A model generated the notes under the pieces. It saw nothing but the letters and a program-made list of their open reading frames with translations, searched no databases and was not told where the DNA came from. The position numbers and the translations under genes are program-made. Positions 48,989 through 58,474 of a DNA stretch of 64,000 bases are shown piece after piece. The DNA is from an uncultured bacterium. GTDB lineage: Bacteria > CSSED10-310 > CAZUFC01. Within the stretch, counting starts at the first letter, position 1, and each line of letters begins with the position of its first letter. The stretch spans positions 1-64,000 of the forward strand of contig CAZUFC010000009.1 of the NCBI GenBank assembly GCA_964619725.1, in the 5' to 3' direction.

Positions 48989-51754
48989 ATGAGCGAGCGC
49001 AAGGGAATGAATCGAAGAAGCGCTTTAAAGTTACTGGCCGGCATAGCCGGTTTGGGCGCAATGGCGACGGGGTCGCGCGGAGTCGTAACCAAGGTTCGGG
49101 CTGCACAAAGCAGACCGTATCCTGGTTCGAAGAAGATTCGCACGATCTGTAACAATTGTTCGGTAGGCTGCGGCATAGAAGCTGAGGTGCAAAATGGTGT
49201 TTGGGTAAGGCAGGGAGCAGTGACCGATCATCCGATTTCACAGGGAGCGCATTGTTGTAAGGGCGCTAGCGCAATCGATACGGTCAAGAGCGAGAGACGT
49301 CTAAAATTCCCCATGATGAAAAAGCGGGGAAAATGGAAGCGAATAAGCTGGGACAAGGCCATGGAAGACATCTCGAAAAAGCTCTTGAAAATCCGGAAAA
49401 AGTACGGTCCGGATGCCGTGATGTGGATGGGTTCGGCGAAGGTATCGACAGAGATGGCCTATTTGCAGCGTAAATTCGCAGCTTTTTGGGGTACCAACAA
49501 TATCGATCACCAGGCCCGCATATGCCATTCGACCACCGTCGCCGGCGTGGCCAATACATGGGGCTACGGCGCCATGACGAACAATATGAACGATATCCGG
49601 AACTCCAAGCTGGTATTTTTCATCGGGTCGAATGCCGCAGAAGCGCATCCCGTGTCGATGCAGCACATACTCACAGGCAAGGAGCGCGGCGCTAAATTGA
49701 TCTGCGTGGACCCGCGTTTCACGCGAACAGCGGCCAAAAGCGACGAGTATGTTCGCATCAGGTCAGGCACGGATATCGCTTTTGTTTTAGGTCTGGTGAA
49801 CATGATTTTCCGGAAGGGATGGGAGGATAAGGAATTCATTAAGCAGCGAACTTATGGTCTGGACGAAGTTCGCGAAGAAGTAAAGAAATACACGCCGGAA
49901 GTTGTCCAGGATATCACAGGAGTTTCCCCGGAACAACTTGAGCGCGTCGCCCGCATGATGGCGACCAACAAGCCCGGTACGGTAATCTGGTGCATGGGCG
50001 GGACTCAGCATCACATAGGAAGCAGCAACACGCGCGCCTATTGCATTTTACAACTTGTTTTAGGAAACATGGGTAAATCGGGCGGCGGCTGCAACATATT
50101 CCGCGGACATGATAACGTTCAGGGCGCGACGGATATGTGTGTCTTGTCTCACAGCCTGCCGGCATATTACGGATTAAGCGAGGGTTCCTGGAAGCACTGG
50201 TGCCGGGTGTGGAATGTGGATTTCGACTGGTTGAAAAATCGTTTTCATTCTCCGGAAATGATGGGTGAGAATGGCTTTACGGTTGCCCGGTGGTATGACG
50301 GAGTTCTGTTCGATGAATCGGAAATCAATCAACCCTCCAAGTTGCATGCCGTAGTAATCTGGGGGCATTCAGGCAACTCGCTGTCCCAGTTCCACCGGGT
50401 AAAAAAGGCTCTCGACGAAATCGACCTGGTAGTCGTTATCGACTGTTTTCCGACAGCCGTAGCTTCCTCAACCGATCGGAAGGATGGAGTCTACTTGTTG
50501 CCGGCTGCCAGTCAGTTTGAAACTTCCGGCAGCATTACCGCCAGCAACCGTTCAATACAATGGCGTTTCAAGGTCGTAGACCCTGTTTATGAAGCGCGTC
50601 CGGATTATGATATTTGTTTCGATCTGGCAAAGCACTTGGGCTTCTACGAAGAGTTTGCGAAGAATTTCAAGCAAATACCGGAAGACGTCACGCGAGAGAT
50701 CAATAGGGGAACATGGACGATCGGATATACAGGTCAGACTCCTGAACGTATTAAGGCTCATACGGAGGGATGGGGCGATTTCGATGTTGAGGATCTGAAA
50801 GCTCAGAAAGGCAGTAGGTTCAAAGGCGAATACTACGGTATGCCCTGGCCGTGCTGGACGGAAAAGCATCCTGGCACTCCGATCCTTTACGACATCTCCA
50901 AACCTGTGGCCGAGGGCGGCTTACCGTTCCGCAACCGTTTCGGACTCGAACACAACGGAGTCTCTCAGTTGGCCGGCGAAGGATCCGCTAATCCGGGTTC
51001 TAAAGTTATGCGCGGTTATCCGGAGATGAGCGGAAAGGTATTAGAGGAACTTGGAATCGAATTGACCGATGAGGAGAAAAAACTGATCGAGGGTCGCAAC
51101 TGGAAAACGGATTTGAGCGGAACTATCGTTAAAAAAGCTATCGAAAACGGACTGGCGCCATTCGGAAATGCTCGCGCCAGGGCCATAGTATGGACATGGC
51201 CGGATCCGATTCCACTGCATAGAGAACCCCTCCATACGCCGCGTCCTGATCTCATCAAAAGCTGGCCCACATACGACGACATAACCAATCATTATCGCCT
51301 GCCGACGCGATTCAAGAGCGAACAGAAACCGGGCTGGGTCAAGGATTACCCCATCGTTATCACTACAGGCCGAATGGTCGAATATATGGGCGGAGGCTCA
51401 CGTACTCGCTCGAACAAGTATTTAGCCGAATTGCAGCCCGATATGTACGCGGAAATTAATATCCTGACAGCAGAAGAATACGGTATAAAGGACGGCGATC
51501 TGATATGGATCGAAAGCCCCAACGGCGGTAAATGTCGCGTGAAAACAAAAATCACGGACAGAGTCAACAAGGGACTCATCTTTTTACCCTATCACTTCGG
51601 CGGCGAATTGGAAGGTCAAACAAGGGCTTATCCCGAGGGAACCGCTCCTTATGTTGTCGGAGCCCCGGCTAATGTGGTCACTAACTATGGATACGACATC
51701 ATTACTCAGATGCAGGAAACCAAAACCGGTCTCTGCCGCATCCGGAAGGCATAG
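48989..51754 (+). CDS. fdhA: Periplasmic W/Mo formate dehydrogenase alpha subunit, Cys-type
   Basis: Tat signal NRRSALK; CxxCSVGC...C cluster; DHQARICHSTT (TGC at 49523); RGHDNVQG; QMQETK..LC terminus typical of the Campylobacter/Wolinella/Vibrio-type FdhA. Confidence 0.95.
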   Translation: MSERKGMNRRSALKLLAGIAGLGAMATGSRGVVTKVRAAQSRPYPGSKKIRTICNNCSVGCGIEAEVQNGVWVRQGAVTDHPISQGAHCCKGASAIDTVKSERRLKFPMMKKRGKWKRISWDKAMEDISKKLLKIRKKYGPDAVMWMGSAKVSTEMAYLQRKFAAFWGTNNIDHQARICHSTTVAGVANTWGYGAMTNNMNDIRNSKLVFFIGSNAAEAHPVSMQHILTGKERGAKLICVDPRFTRTAAKSDEYVRIRSGTDIAFVLGLVNMIFRKGWEDKEFIKQRTYGLDEVREEVKKYTPEVVQDITGVSPEQLERVARMMATNKPGTVIWCMGGTQHHIGSSNTRAYCILQLVLGNMGKSGGGCNIFRGHDNVQGATDMCVLSHSLPAYYGLSEGSWKHWCRVWNVDFDWLKNRFHSPEMMGENGFTVARWYDGVLFDESEINQPSKLHAVVIWGHSGNSLSQFHRVKKALDEIDLVVVIDCFPTAVASSTDRKDGVYLLPAASQFETSGSITASNRSIQWRFKVVDPVYEARPDYDICFDLAKHLGFYEEFAKNFKQIPEDVTREINRGTWTIGYTGQTPERIKAHTEGWGDFDVEDLKAQKGSRFKGEYYGMPWPCWTEKHPGTPILYDISKPVAEGGLPFRNRFGLEHNGVSQLAGEGSANPGSKVMRGYPEMSGKVLEELGIELTDEEKKLIEGRNWKTDLSGTIVKKAIENGLAPFGNARARAIVWTWPDPIPLHREPLHTPRPDLIKSWPTYDDITNHYRLPTRFKSEQKPGWVKDYPIVITTGRMVEYMGGGSRTRSNKYLAELQPDMYAEINILTAEEYGIKDGDLIWIESPNGGKCRVKTKITDRVNKGLIFLPYHFGGELEGQTRAYPEGTAPYVVGAPANVVTNYGYDIITQMQETKTGLCRIRKA

Positions 51755-51765
51755 GGAGGTAAATT

Positions 51766-52314
51766 ATGACTCAGATGATTCATATTTGCGATAAAGAAAG
51801 ATGCATAGCCTGTTCCAGTTGCATCGTCGCGTGTAAGGTCGGGCACGACATCCCAGTCGGTGTTTCTCGCCGGAAAGTATACACGATCAATGAAGGCACG
51901 TCGGAAGAAATAAGCGTATCAGTCGCATGTCGACACTGCGCCGAGCCTTACTGCATGGAAGTATGCCCCGTGGACGCCATCAGCAAGCGTCCTGACGGCA
52001 TCGTTCAAACCGACAAGAAAAAGTGTATTTCCTGTAAAGCCTGTCTGGACGCCTGTCCGTTTGGTATACCAGCTTTTCTGGAAGTAGATGGACAACTCAG
52101 CCCGCAAGAAAAGTGTACCTATTGCGCCGGAGGACCCGACGTGGAAACCTTTTCGGAGGAAGAATACCAACTTTACGGACAAAACAGGATCGCTGAAGGT
52201 AAACCGCCGTTATGTGCGGCCATGTGTTCTACAAAAGCCCTGATGGCTGGAGAAAACACGGTTCTGAAGGACATATGGGATCGTCGCAGAGCGAAAAGAT
52301 TTAAAATGCCGTAA
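51766..52314 (+). CDS. fdhB: Formate dehydrogenase Fe-S subunit
   Basis: Four Cys cluster groups; KCTYCAGGP, YGQNRIAEGK.P.CA.MCSTKAL. Confidence 0.93.
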   Translation: MTQMIHICDKERCIACSSCIVACKVGHDIPVGVSRRKVYTINEGTSEEISVSVACRHCAEPYCMEVCPVDAISKRPDGIVQTDKKKCISCKACLDACPFGIPAFLEVDGQLSPQEKCTYCAGGPDVETFSEEEYQLYGQNRIAEGKPPLCAAMCSTKALMAGENTVLKDIWDRRRAKRFKMP

Positions 52315-52346
52315 CAGCTTTTCTTTCTGGAAATTTTACGGTTATT

Positions 52347-52383
52347 CCCCGCTTTGCCGACTCGGCAAAGCGGGGCGCTTTTT
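52347..52383 (+). terminator. Strong hairpin after fdhB (terminator or mRNA stabiliser)
   Basis: CCCCGCTTTGCCGA-c-TCGGCAAAGCGGGG followed by CGCTTTTT. Confidence 0.65.
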
Positions 52384-52408
52384 CAATTCATAAAAGGAGA
52401 GGCGCCGG

Positions 52409-53536
52409 ATGCAATCAAAGAATTGGGCGCAGAAAATCCTCGCGTACGACCACACGAATTGTCAGTTCTTCGGTCGACGGAGAGAAGCATGCGCCAAGTG
52501 CGTAGAATTCTGTCCTCACGATGCGCTGCATAAAGGCGATGCTGTTATTGAAATAGAACCCGACCTCTGCAAAGAATGTGGAGACTGCATCAGCATATGT
52601 CCTACAGGAGCTATGAGCGAACGCGTTTTCAATCGATCAAGTCCGCCGGCGTTAACGGTTCGCGCTGAAGGATGCAAGATATTGTTGATCGATCAGCAAA
52701 ATATAAATATGGAAGATTATTCTTTAACCTCAGAAAACATCGTTTCTGTCCCAAACCTGGGCGCATGGTCTGAGGTGGAATTTTCTGAAGTCTTGATGAT
52801 AACCGGCGCCGATATCGGCGTACTCTATTCATCCAATGAAGCGAAATCAGACTATATCAGACCTTGGCGCAGCGCTGCAGGTTTGATAGGGAAACTTTAT
52901 AAGGCGCTTTTCGGTCGCAACCCCATTCATCTTTTCCATGATGTCGAACGAGCCCTTGAATTCCTCGACGCTCCGAGTAAAATTTCCGGCGGCGGACCGC
53001 CTGCTTGTACCATAACGCACAGAAGCCTGAAAAGAGAGACGTTGCGAGACATCATGGAAATATGGTTCGATGCTGCAGAAAATTTTGAGATGGATGAAGT
53101 CATAGAGAATCCCGATTACGCACGTATCATTTGCGACAGAGAAAAATGTCTGGTCTGCAGCGCATGCGTGAATCAATGTAAAGCGAAAGCCTTAATTCTT
53201 GAAGATCAAAAACGAAAACTCTTGCACAGCCCGATAAAGTGCATGAATTGCGGCGTTTGTGAGAAGATTTGCCCTGAAAAAGCGCTTTCCGCAGAACCTG
53301 GACTTCATCTTAATCCGGGATTCCTTTCAATGACGCTCCTGGCTGAAACTGAAGGAATACCATGCCCGGAATGCGGGAAACTTTTTACTTCCTCCCGAAG
53401 AGCGATACGTGTGGCAGAAAAACTGGATAGAGCGCGCGGCAAGGATCCTGTTCGTAATGAGCTTCTCAGTCTCTGCCCTGATTGCCGTACCAAAAAAGCA
53501 TTCCACTATTACAGCGACTGGACGAGGGAACAATAA
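52409..53536 (+). CDS. Poly-ferredoxin accessory protein of fdh clusters
   Basis: Several CxxCxxCxxxC(P) motifs plus CPEC...CPDC; sits next to a TorD-like gene, as in other fdh loci. Confidence 0.8.
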   Translation: MQSKNWAQKILAYDHTNCQFFGRRREACAKCVEFCPHDALHKGDAVIEIEPDLCKECGDCISICPTGAMSERVFNRSSPPALTVRAEGCKILLIDQQNINMEDYSLTSENIVSVPNLGAWSEVEFSEVLMITGADIGVLYSSNEAKSDYIRPWRSAAGLIGKLYKALFGRNPIHLFHDVERALEFLDAPSKISGGGPPACTITHRSLKRETLRDIMEIWFDAAENFEMDEVIENPDYARIICDREKCLVCSACVNQCKAKALILEDQKRKLLHSPIKCMNCGVCEKICPEKALSAEPGLHLNPGFLSMTLLAETEGIPCPECGKLFTSSRRAIRVAEKLDRARGKDPVRNELLSLCPDCRTKKAFHYYSDWTREQ

Positions 53537-53539
53537 TAA

Positions 53540-54160
53540 ATGAATCTGGAAACGCGTTATTACTTTTATGATCTTTTCTTTTCTATGTTCGTCCGTGAAC
53601 CGGAGGATAATATAATTTCAGCATGGAGCACGGGTCTTTCGATTGTACGATCAGCATTGCCCGATAGTGAAATTGGACGAGCAGCCGACAACATGATTCA
53701 GTATTTAGATAAAAAAAACGCAACGGAAGCCATACGCGATGAATTCGTCAGACTCTTCTGGTCACCCGTTGGAAATAGGACCCCCCTGACGGCTTCTTAT
53801 TACATGCATGGAAAACTTTTCGGGGAATATCTTGTCCGATTTAGGGAATTCCTTAAAAAAAGTCCATATAAAAGGAAACTCGATTATTGTGAGCCGGAGG
53901 ATACGCTGCCTTTCCATCTTGACCTCATGCGCTCCTTTATAAAAGAAGAGATGAATAGCGTCTGTCCTCTGGAAAAATCGAAATGGCATGCTCTGCAGAA
54001 GGAGCTTGTGATCGATTTTCTCATGGAATGGGTCGAATACGCTTTGAATGCTGTGGCGCAGCACGAGGCCGCGATTTTCTACATTCAGGCGGCGCTTATG
54101 GCGCGATCGTTCTTTGAACTGGAAAAGGACTGTTTATTGGGGGATTATCGAGAATCCTGA
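53540..54160 (+). CDS. TorD/DmsD-family molybdoenzyme chaperone
   Basis: EFVRLF, ASYY..G, EPED....L motifs. Confidence 0.8.
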   Translation: MNLETRYYFYDLFFSMFVREPEDNIISAWSTGLSIVRSALPDSEIGRAADNMIQYLDKKNATEAIRDEFVRLFWSPVGNRTPLTASYYMHGKLFGEYLVRFREFLKKSPYKRKLDYCEPEDTLPFHLDLMRSFIKEEMNSVCPLEKSKWHALQKELVIDFLMEWVEYALNAVAQHEAAIFYIQAALMARSFFELEKDCLLGDYRES

Positions 54161-54190
54161 CCGGGATAAGTCGTTATCTGTAAACAGAAC

Positions 54191-54718
54191 TTAACCTAAG
54201 TTGAATTTTGCTGAAATACCCAGGTTAATGCCTTCGGTCGGTTTCCTCGTTATCAGATTAACCACCCCGCCCATATTGTTGACGCCGTATAACGCCGATG
54301 CTGCTCCCTTCTCCACAACAAGACGTGAAAGATTCTTTATGGGAAGTTCTGAAAGATCCAAATCTCCGTAATATGGTGAATATATCGGGATCCCGTCCAA
54401 CATGAATACCACTTTTTCCTAATCAAAACCCCGGATCAATACCCGGGCCTCATTTTTCGTCCCTGTCGTTACTACCAGTCCTTTCATGTTCGACAAAGCC
54501 TCAGCAACATTGTCTGCAGTCTCTGAAGTAAATTGGTCCAAATCTTTCGCATCCGTCGTTCGCGCGCTCTTCGATTCCTCTTCTTCAGATATGACTACGA
54601 TTTCTCCCAGATCAAAAACGAGCTTCTCTCCGGTTTCGGCAGCCACTGGACAGATACCCGCTAACACCAAAAAAATCGCTGCAGCGGAAACAACCAAGAA
54701 AAATCTTCCCTTCATCAA
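54191..54718 (-). pseudogene. TonB-dependent receptor remnant (signal peptide, TonB box, plug); in-frame TAG and no barrel
   Basis: One frame reads LGEIVV...IRGFD*EKVVFMLDGIP...EKGAASALYGVNNMGGVVNLITRK, with TAG at 54419-54421, then stops about 14 codons after the plug. Confidence 0.85.
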
Positions 54719-54873
54719 TCAAATCCTCCTTAGGTCAATAAAATAAAACGATCAGAAACAATTTGCACGACTCCATATTACAATCAGCGCACGAAGATCA
54801 TTTTCGATTTCTCCATGCCGGTCGACCGGCAAAACCAATTACCGTCAAACAAAAACGCAGCATCAGCTTATAC

Positions 54874-54897
54874 CGTTATGTTTGCGGGATCATAACG
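54874..54897. promoter_or_regulatory. ModE-type operator upstream of the TonB receptor remnant
   Basis: CGTTATG-N10-CATAACG, just downstream of a minus-strand TTGACA-N17-TATTTT promoter (54936-54908). Confidence 0.8.
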
Positions 54898-54983
54898 ATC
54901 GCCGCCTAAAATAATGGATTCTATCTTCTCTGTCAACTCCTTTTTCATGTAAAATTTAATCCGGATTTTGGGATTTGATTAAA

Positions 54984-55418
54984 TCATCCGGTCAGACTTT
55001 GAATGAGGGGAGTTGAATCATCTAAGAAATCTTTTAAACGATCCTGCAACTCCCGGAATACTCTGAGGGTTTTTTCACCGTGTTCCGTCAACCGGGCGCC
55101 GCCTCCGCCTTTACCGCCGGTTCTCGCATTAATGAGAGGTTCATAAGACAACCGGTTCATTGAATCCACAAGTTTCCAGGCATGACGATAGGAAATACCC
55201 ATGGACTGCGCAGCTCCGGTGATGGATCCGTATTCCTCAATACGTTCCAAAAGCGTTATCCTGGCAAAAGAAAGATATGTCTCGTTTTGACGTTCAATCC
55301 ATAATCTTGCTTTGATGGAAGTTTTCTTCTTATCTAAATTCACATCCGGAGGAGCGGGATACTTATCGCGCGGTTTGAAATGGGGTGTTGATTTATGTTT
55401 TTTTTCATGTGATTTCAT
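54984..55418 (-). CDS. modE: ModE-family regulator, winged-helix domain only
   Basis: LLERIEEYGSITGAAQSMGISYRHAW, TGGKGGGGARLT; no TOBE/Mop domains. Confidence 0.88.
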   Translation of the reverse strand: MKSHEKKHKSTPHFKPRDKYPAPPDVNLDKKKTSIKARLWIERQNETYLSFARITLLERIEEYGSITGAAQSMGISYRHAWKLVDSMNRLSYEPLINARTGGKGGGGARLTEHGEKTLRVFRELQDRLKDFLDDSTPLIQSLTG

Positions 55419-55558
55419 GTCTTCAGCAATATACGATTTGAATTATTTTCGGTCAAGTTGAATCCCAAAAAGGAGGAAAGGATGTGGGAGCCGTATGCAG
55501 GACGGAAAAGTTGAACGAAGGAAATTGGTTGACAAAGGACGGAGGGCATTGTAATCAT

Positions 55559-55590
55559 CTTTCGTTATATTCACTGGGATATAACGAAAG
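55559..55590. promoter_or_regulatory. ModE-type operator upstream of the diheme gene
   Basis: Perfect 12-bp arms CTTTCGTTATAT-N8-ATATAACGAAAG (core CGTTATA-N10-TATAACG), downstream of TTGACA at 55529. Confidence 0.85.
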
Positions 55591-55622
55591 TTTTTATTTC
55601 AATGTCATAAGAGGAAGGTCAG

Positions 55623-56765
55623 ATGAAAGTAGAATCAAGTAAAATATTGCAAACAGCAATTTCAGCCGTGGTAATCGCATCTTCACTGTGCTTTGCAGCC
55701 TACGTGGGTCACGAAAACGACCGTGACATGAACGCTTTTTTGAAGGTTTATCCTGCCCTGAAAGGAACGGTCCTGGATGATTGCAGTGTATGCCACAAAG
55801 GCGGCAAAGTTAAGTCAGACGAAGAGAAAGTTCTCGCCGTCAACTCATGTGACTATTGTCATACAGTTTTTAAGGATGAGGGTAAAGGGATAGAATTAAC
55901 TCTTAACGCCTATGGATTGGATTACCATTCAGCGGGTCGAAACGAGGCGGCATTATCTTCGATAGCTGATAAGGATTCGGATGGTGACGGTTATGCTAAT
56001 TCGATTGAGATAAAGGAAAGAACATTACCGGGGGCGTCGTGGAGTTCGCAGGAGAAATCTACCGCGGAGCATGTGATTTTTTCGCTTGAGGAAATGAAAA
56101 AGCTGATGCCGGTGGTGAAATACACTATTTTCGTGAACGTTCATAAATCTGCGGACGGCGATACCTACAACACTTACGAGGGCTTCAGAATGGTAGACAT
56201 TCTGGAGACGGCCGGCATTTCAGATAAGGCTGAATCTATAGACGTTTTTGCTGCGGACGGTTACCGAAAGACGTTCCTTTTGAAGCAGTTAAGGCAAGTA
56301 TATAAACAAGGTTCTCCGGTTTTCGGACTTGGAAGAGAGGATTTGGGTGAATGCGGATGGGTCGGTTACGGGGGAGAGAATTTAAAAGAGGGTGAATCCC
56401 TGCCAGCTGCGCAATTCATTCTGGCTTTCAAGAAAAACGGAAAAAAACTGACCCATGCAGTATTTAATCCGAAAACGGGAAAAATTAACGGTGAAGGACC
56501 GTTTAGATGTATTTTGCCTCAATCGAAATTTTCTCCGCCAGATATTTCTGAATACGCAACGCAAGAGTGCGTGGAAAAGGTGGATCCGAGATACCGGTAT
56601 AACGAGAAATATGAAAAAAATGCGGATTTTGCCGTAAAAGCCGTTACAGCCATAAGAATAAATCCTCTGCCGGACGGAAGGCAGGATTTTCCCTGGCAGG
56701 AAGAAGCGCTGAGATATTTATCAGAAGAAAAAATATTGATTTATGGTGCGACGGCAGGCGACTAG
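55623..56765 (+). CDS. Secreted diheme c protein with GEGP motif and a sulfite-oxidase-like C-terminal domain
   Basis: Signal peptide; CSVCH and CDYCH; DSDGDG; YEG....DIL..AG...A..I.V.AADGY; GEGPFR.I.PQ; VKAVTAIRI. Confidence 0.75.
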   Translation: MKVESSKILQTAISAVVIASSLCFAAYVGHENDRDMNAFLKVYPALKGTVLDDCSVCHKGGKVKSDEEKVLAVNSCDYCHTVFKDEGKGIELTLNAYGLDYHSAGRNEAALSSIADKDSDGDGYANSIEIKERTLPGASWSSQEKSTAEHVIFSLEEMKKLMPVVKYTIFVNVHKSADGDTYNTYEGFRMVDILETAGISDKAESIDVFAADGYRKTFLLKQLRQVYKQGSPVFGLGREDLGECGWVGYGGENLKEGESLPAAQFILAFKKNGKKLTHAVFNPKTGKINGEGPFRCILPQSKFSPPDISEYATQECVEKVDPRYRYNEKYEKNADFAVKAVTAIRINPLPDGRQDFPWQEEALRYLSEEKILIYGATAGD

Positions 56766-57004
56766 CGAGCGCCCGTCCACAAACGGCCAATTTTACTCAA
56801 TGCTCCACAAGGCAGCAGATTTGCTCAGTCATCATCCGGACATCACTATGCTCCTGACATAAAAACGGATTTTTGATTTCCTAAACGTTTTTCAGTAATA
56901 AAACATGTAAGGCTTACAGAAAATGCAATGTGCATTTTTAAAGCCGGAATTTTCATTGTTCATCAACGGCAAACATCATTTTGCGGCTTTAGAAGGTGAG
57001 TAAA

Positions 57005-58114
57005 ATGAATCGTTTATCCTTTTTGATTCTCATGTGCGTCGTATTATCGGCAGTATCGGTTGAGGCTCAGACAGTTTATGAAGCCGGTTGGGCGATTGAG
57101 GTTTTCTCTGAAGTGGAAGCGCCATCGGTCGGCATTGATTTCGATCCTTTGGACAATGTTTATGTCGCCAACTGCGGAAGTCATTACGTCACCATCCCGG
57201 TCTGGAAAATAAATCCTCAGGGCACGCCGGCGCCTTTCGGCGATTCCATTGTCTGCGGCGATTCTCTCGCTATGGATTCCAATTATCTCCTTCACGCCGG
57301 CAGCGGCCAGGGTCAGGTGTTCAAAATTTACTCCGACGGCACGACGGAACTTTTCGTGCAAGGCGGCGGATTGAACAACGTCAATGGCCTGGATTTCGAC
57401 TCCAACAACATCCTATACGCCGCAAATTCAAGTACCGGCGTCATTTCCAAAATTCTCACCGACGGTTCAATATCCACCTTCGTCACAGGTATCACCGGAG
57501 CCTGCGGCCTGGCTGTCGACAATTTCGATTACATCTACACAGCCGCTTCATCCAGCGGGACAGTTTTCAGAATATCGCCTTCAGGCATATCCGAAACTTA
57601 CATAACATTGCCTTCCAGCGGCGTATGCGGCCTGGCTTTCGATCACGAAAATAACTTATACGCATCGAGCAACAATGCCGGCACAGTTTATAAAATCACT
57701 CCCGACCGGACCATAACGCTGTTCGCAGACGGCTTCGATAATCCTTTGGGTTTAGGCATTGACCCATACAATCGTATTTACCTGGCCGACAACGATGACT
57801 ACATCGTTTACCGCTTCGTACCCTTAACTCCCACACCCAGTTCCACTCCTTCCCCCACCCTTTCGCCCACTTCACCCCCTACGCATACTCCTACTTTATC
57901 GCCTACAGATTCTCCAACCTTCTCACCCACCGTTTCACCCACTCTTACAGCCTCCCTGACTCCTTCCGCTTCTCCATCTCCAACCATCACCCTCACGCCT
58001 ACCATTACCGCCGAACCGTCACCCCAACCCATTCCAACTTTCGGCAAAACCGGCATTATCCTCCTGATTCTCTTCTTCGGCGTTTCCCTCATATTTTATA
58101 GATCGCAACCCTGA
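57005..58114 (+). CDS. Secreted NHL/SMP-30-type beta-propeller protein with Pro/Thr/Ser linker and IPTL-CTERM-like anchor
   Basis: Signal peptide; six GL(A/D)(F/V)D..N.LY.A repeats; TPSPT-type repeats; C-terminus [17 protein letters not shown]...YR. Confidence 0.85.
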   Translation: MNRLSFLILMCVVLSAVSVEAQTVYEAGWAIEVFSEVEAPSVGIDFDPLDNVYVANCGSHYVTIPVWKINPQGTPAPFGDSIVCGDSLAMDSNYLLHAGSGQGQVFKIYSDGTTELFVQGGGLNNVNGLDFDSNNILYAANSSTGVISKILTDGSISTFVTGITGACGLAVDNFDYIYTAASSSGTVFRISPSGISETYITLPSSGVCGLAFDHENNLYASSNNAGTVYKITPDRTITLFADGFDNPLGLGIDPYNRIYLADNDDYIVYRFVPLTPTPSSTPSPTLSPTSPPTHTPTLSPTDSPTFSPTVSPTLTASLTPSASPSPTITLTPTITAEPSPQPIPTFGKTGIILLILFFGVSLIFYRSQP

Positions 58115-58362
58115 AGCCGGCCGGCCGGAGCTTCCCTTCGAATACAGTTCTGGGCCGGAATGACCTGACTGCACTGATCCTATATTGGGCGGACCTATAA
58201 AAAAGTTAAGAAATTGCAAAAAATCGGCCTGCAATGAACACTCGCAACAGGTTTTGTATAAGAAATACGGGCTAATTTTTCGTGTGATAGACAATTAGCC
58301 TCTTCGGCGCCGATCAAACCGGGGTTACACTTTTTCGAAACTTTTGACAATTTGTTTCACTA

Positions 58363-58410
58363 GTCGGGGTCGGTATCGGGGTCAGGGTCGATATCGCAAT
58401 CGCAATCGAA
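58363..58410 (+). repeat. Intergenic degenerate hexamer tandem repeat (RTCGNN x8)
   Basis: GTCGGG GTCGGT ATCGGG GTCAGG GTCGAT ATCGCA ATCGCA ATCGAA. Confidence 0.7.
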
Positions 58411-58474
58411 ACACGATGGATGATTCTGTCAGATTGTAACCTCAAAGGACGCATTTTTGATCAATGCCCCCTCT

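Noticed and set aside
49523-49525. Selenocysteine in FdhA
   Set aside because: The codon is TGC (Cys) and the ORF is uninterrupted.
54419-54421. Amber recoding (pyrrolysine or TAG=Gln) in the TonB receptor
   Set aside because: TAG is the normal stop of the Rhs gene, fdhD, fdhA and the diheme gene here, and the receptor lacks its barrel anyway.
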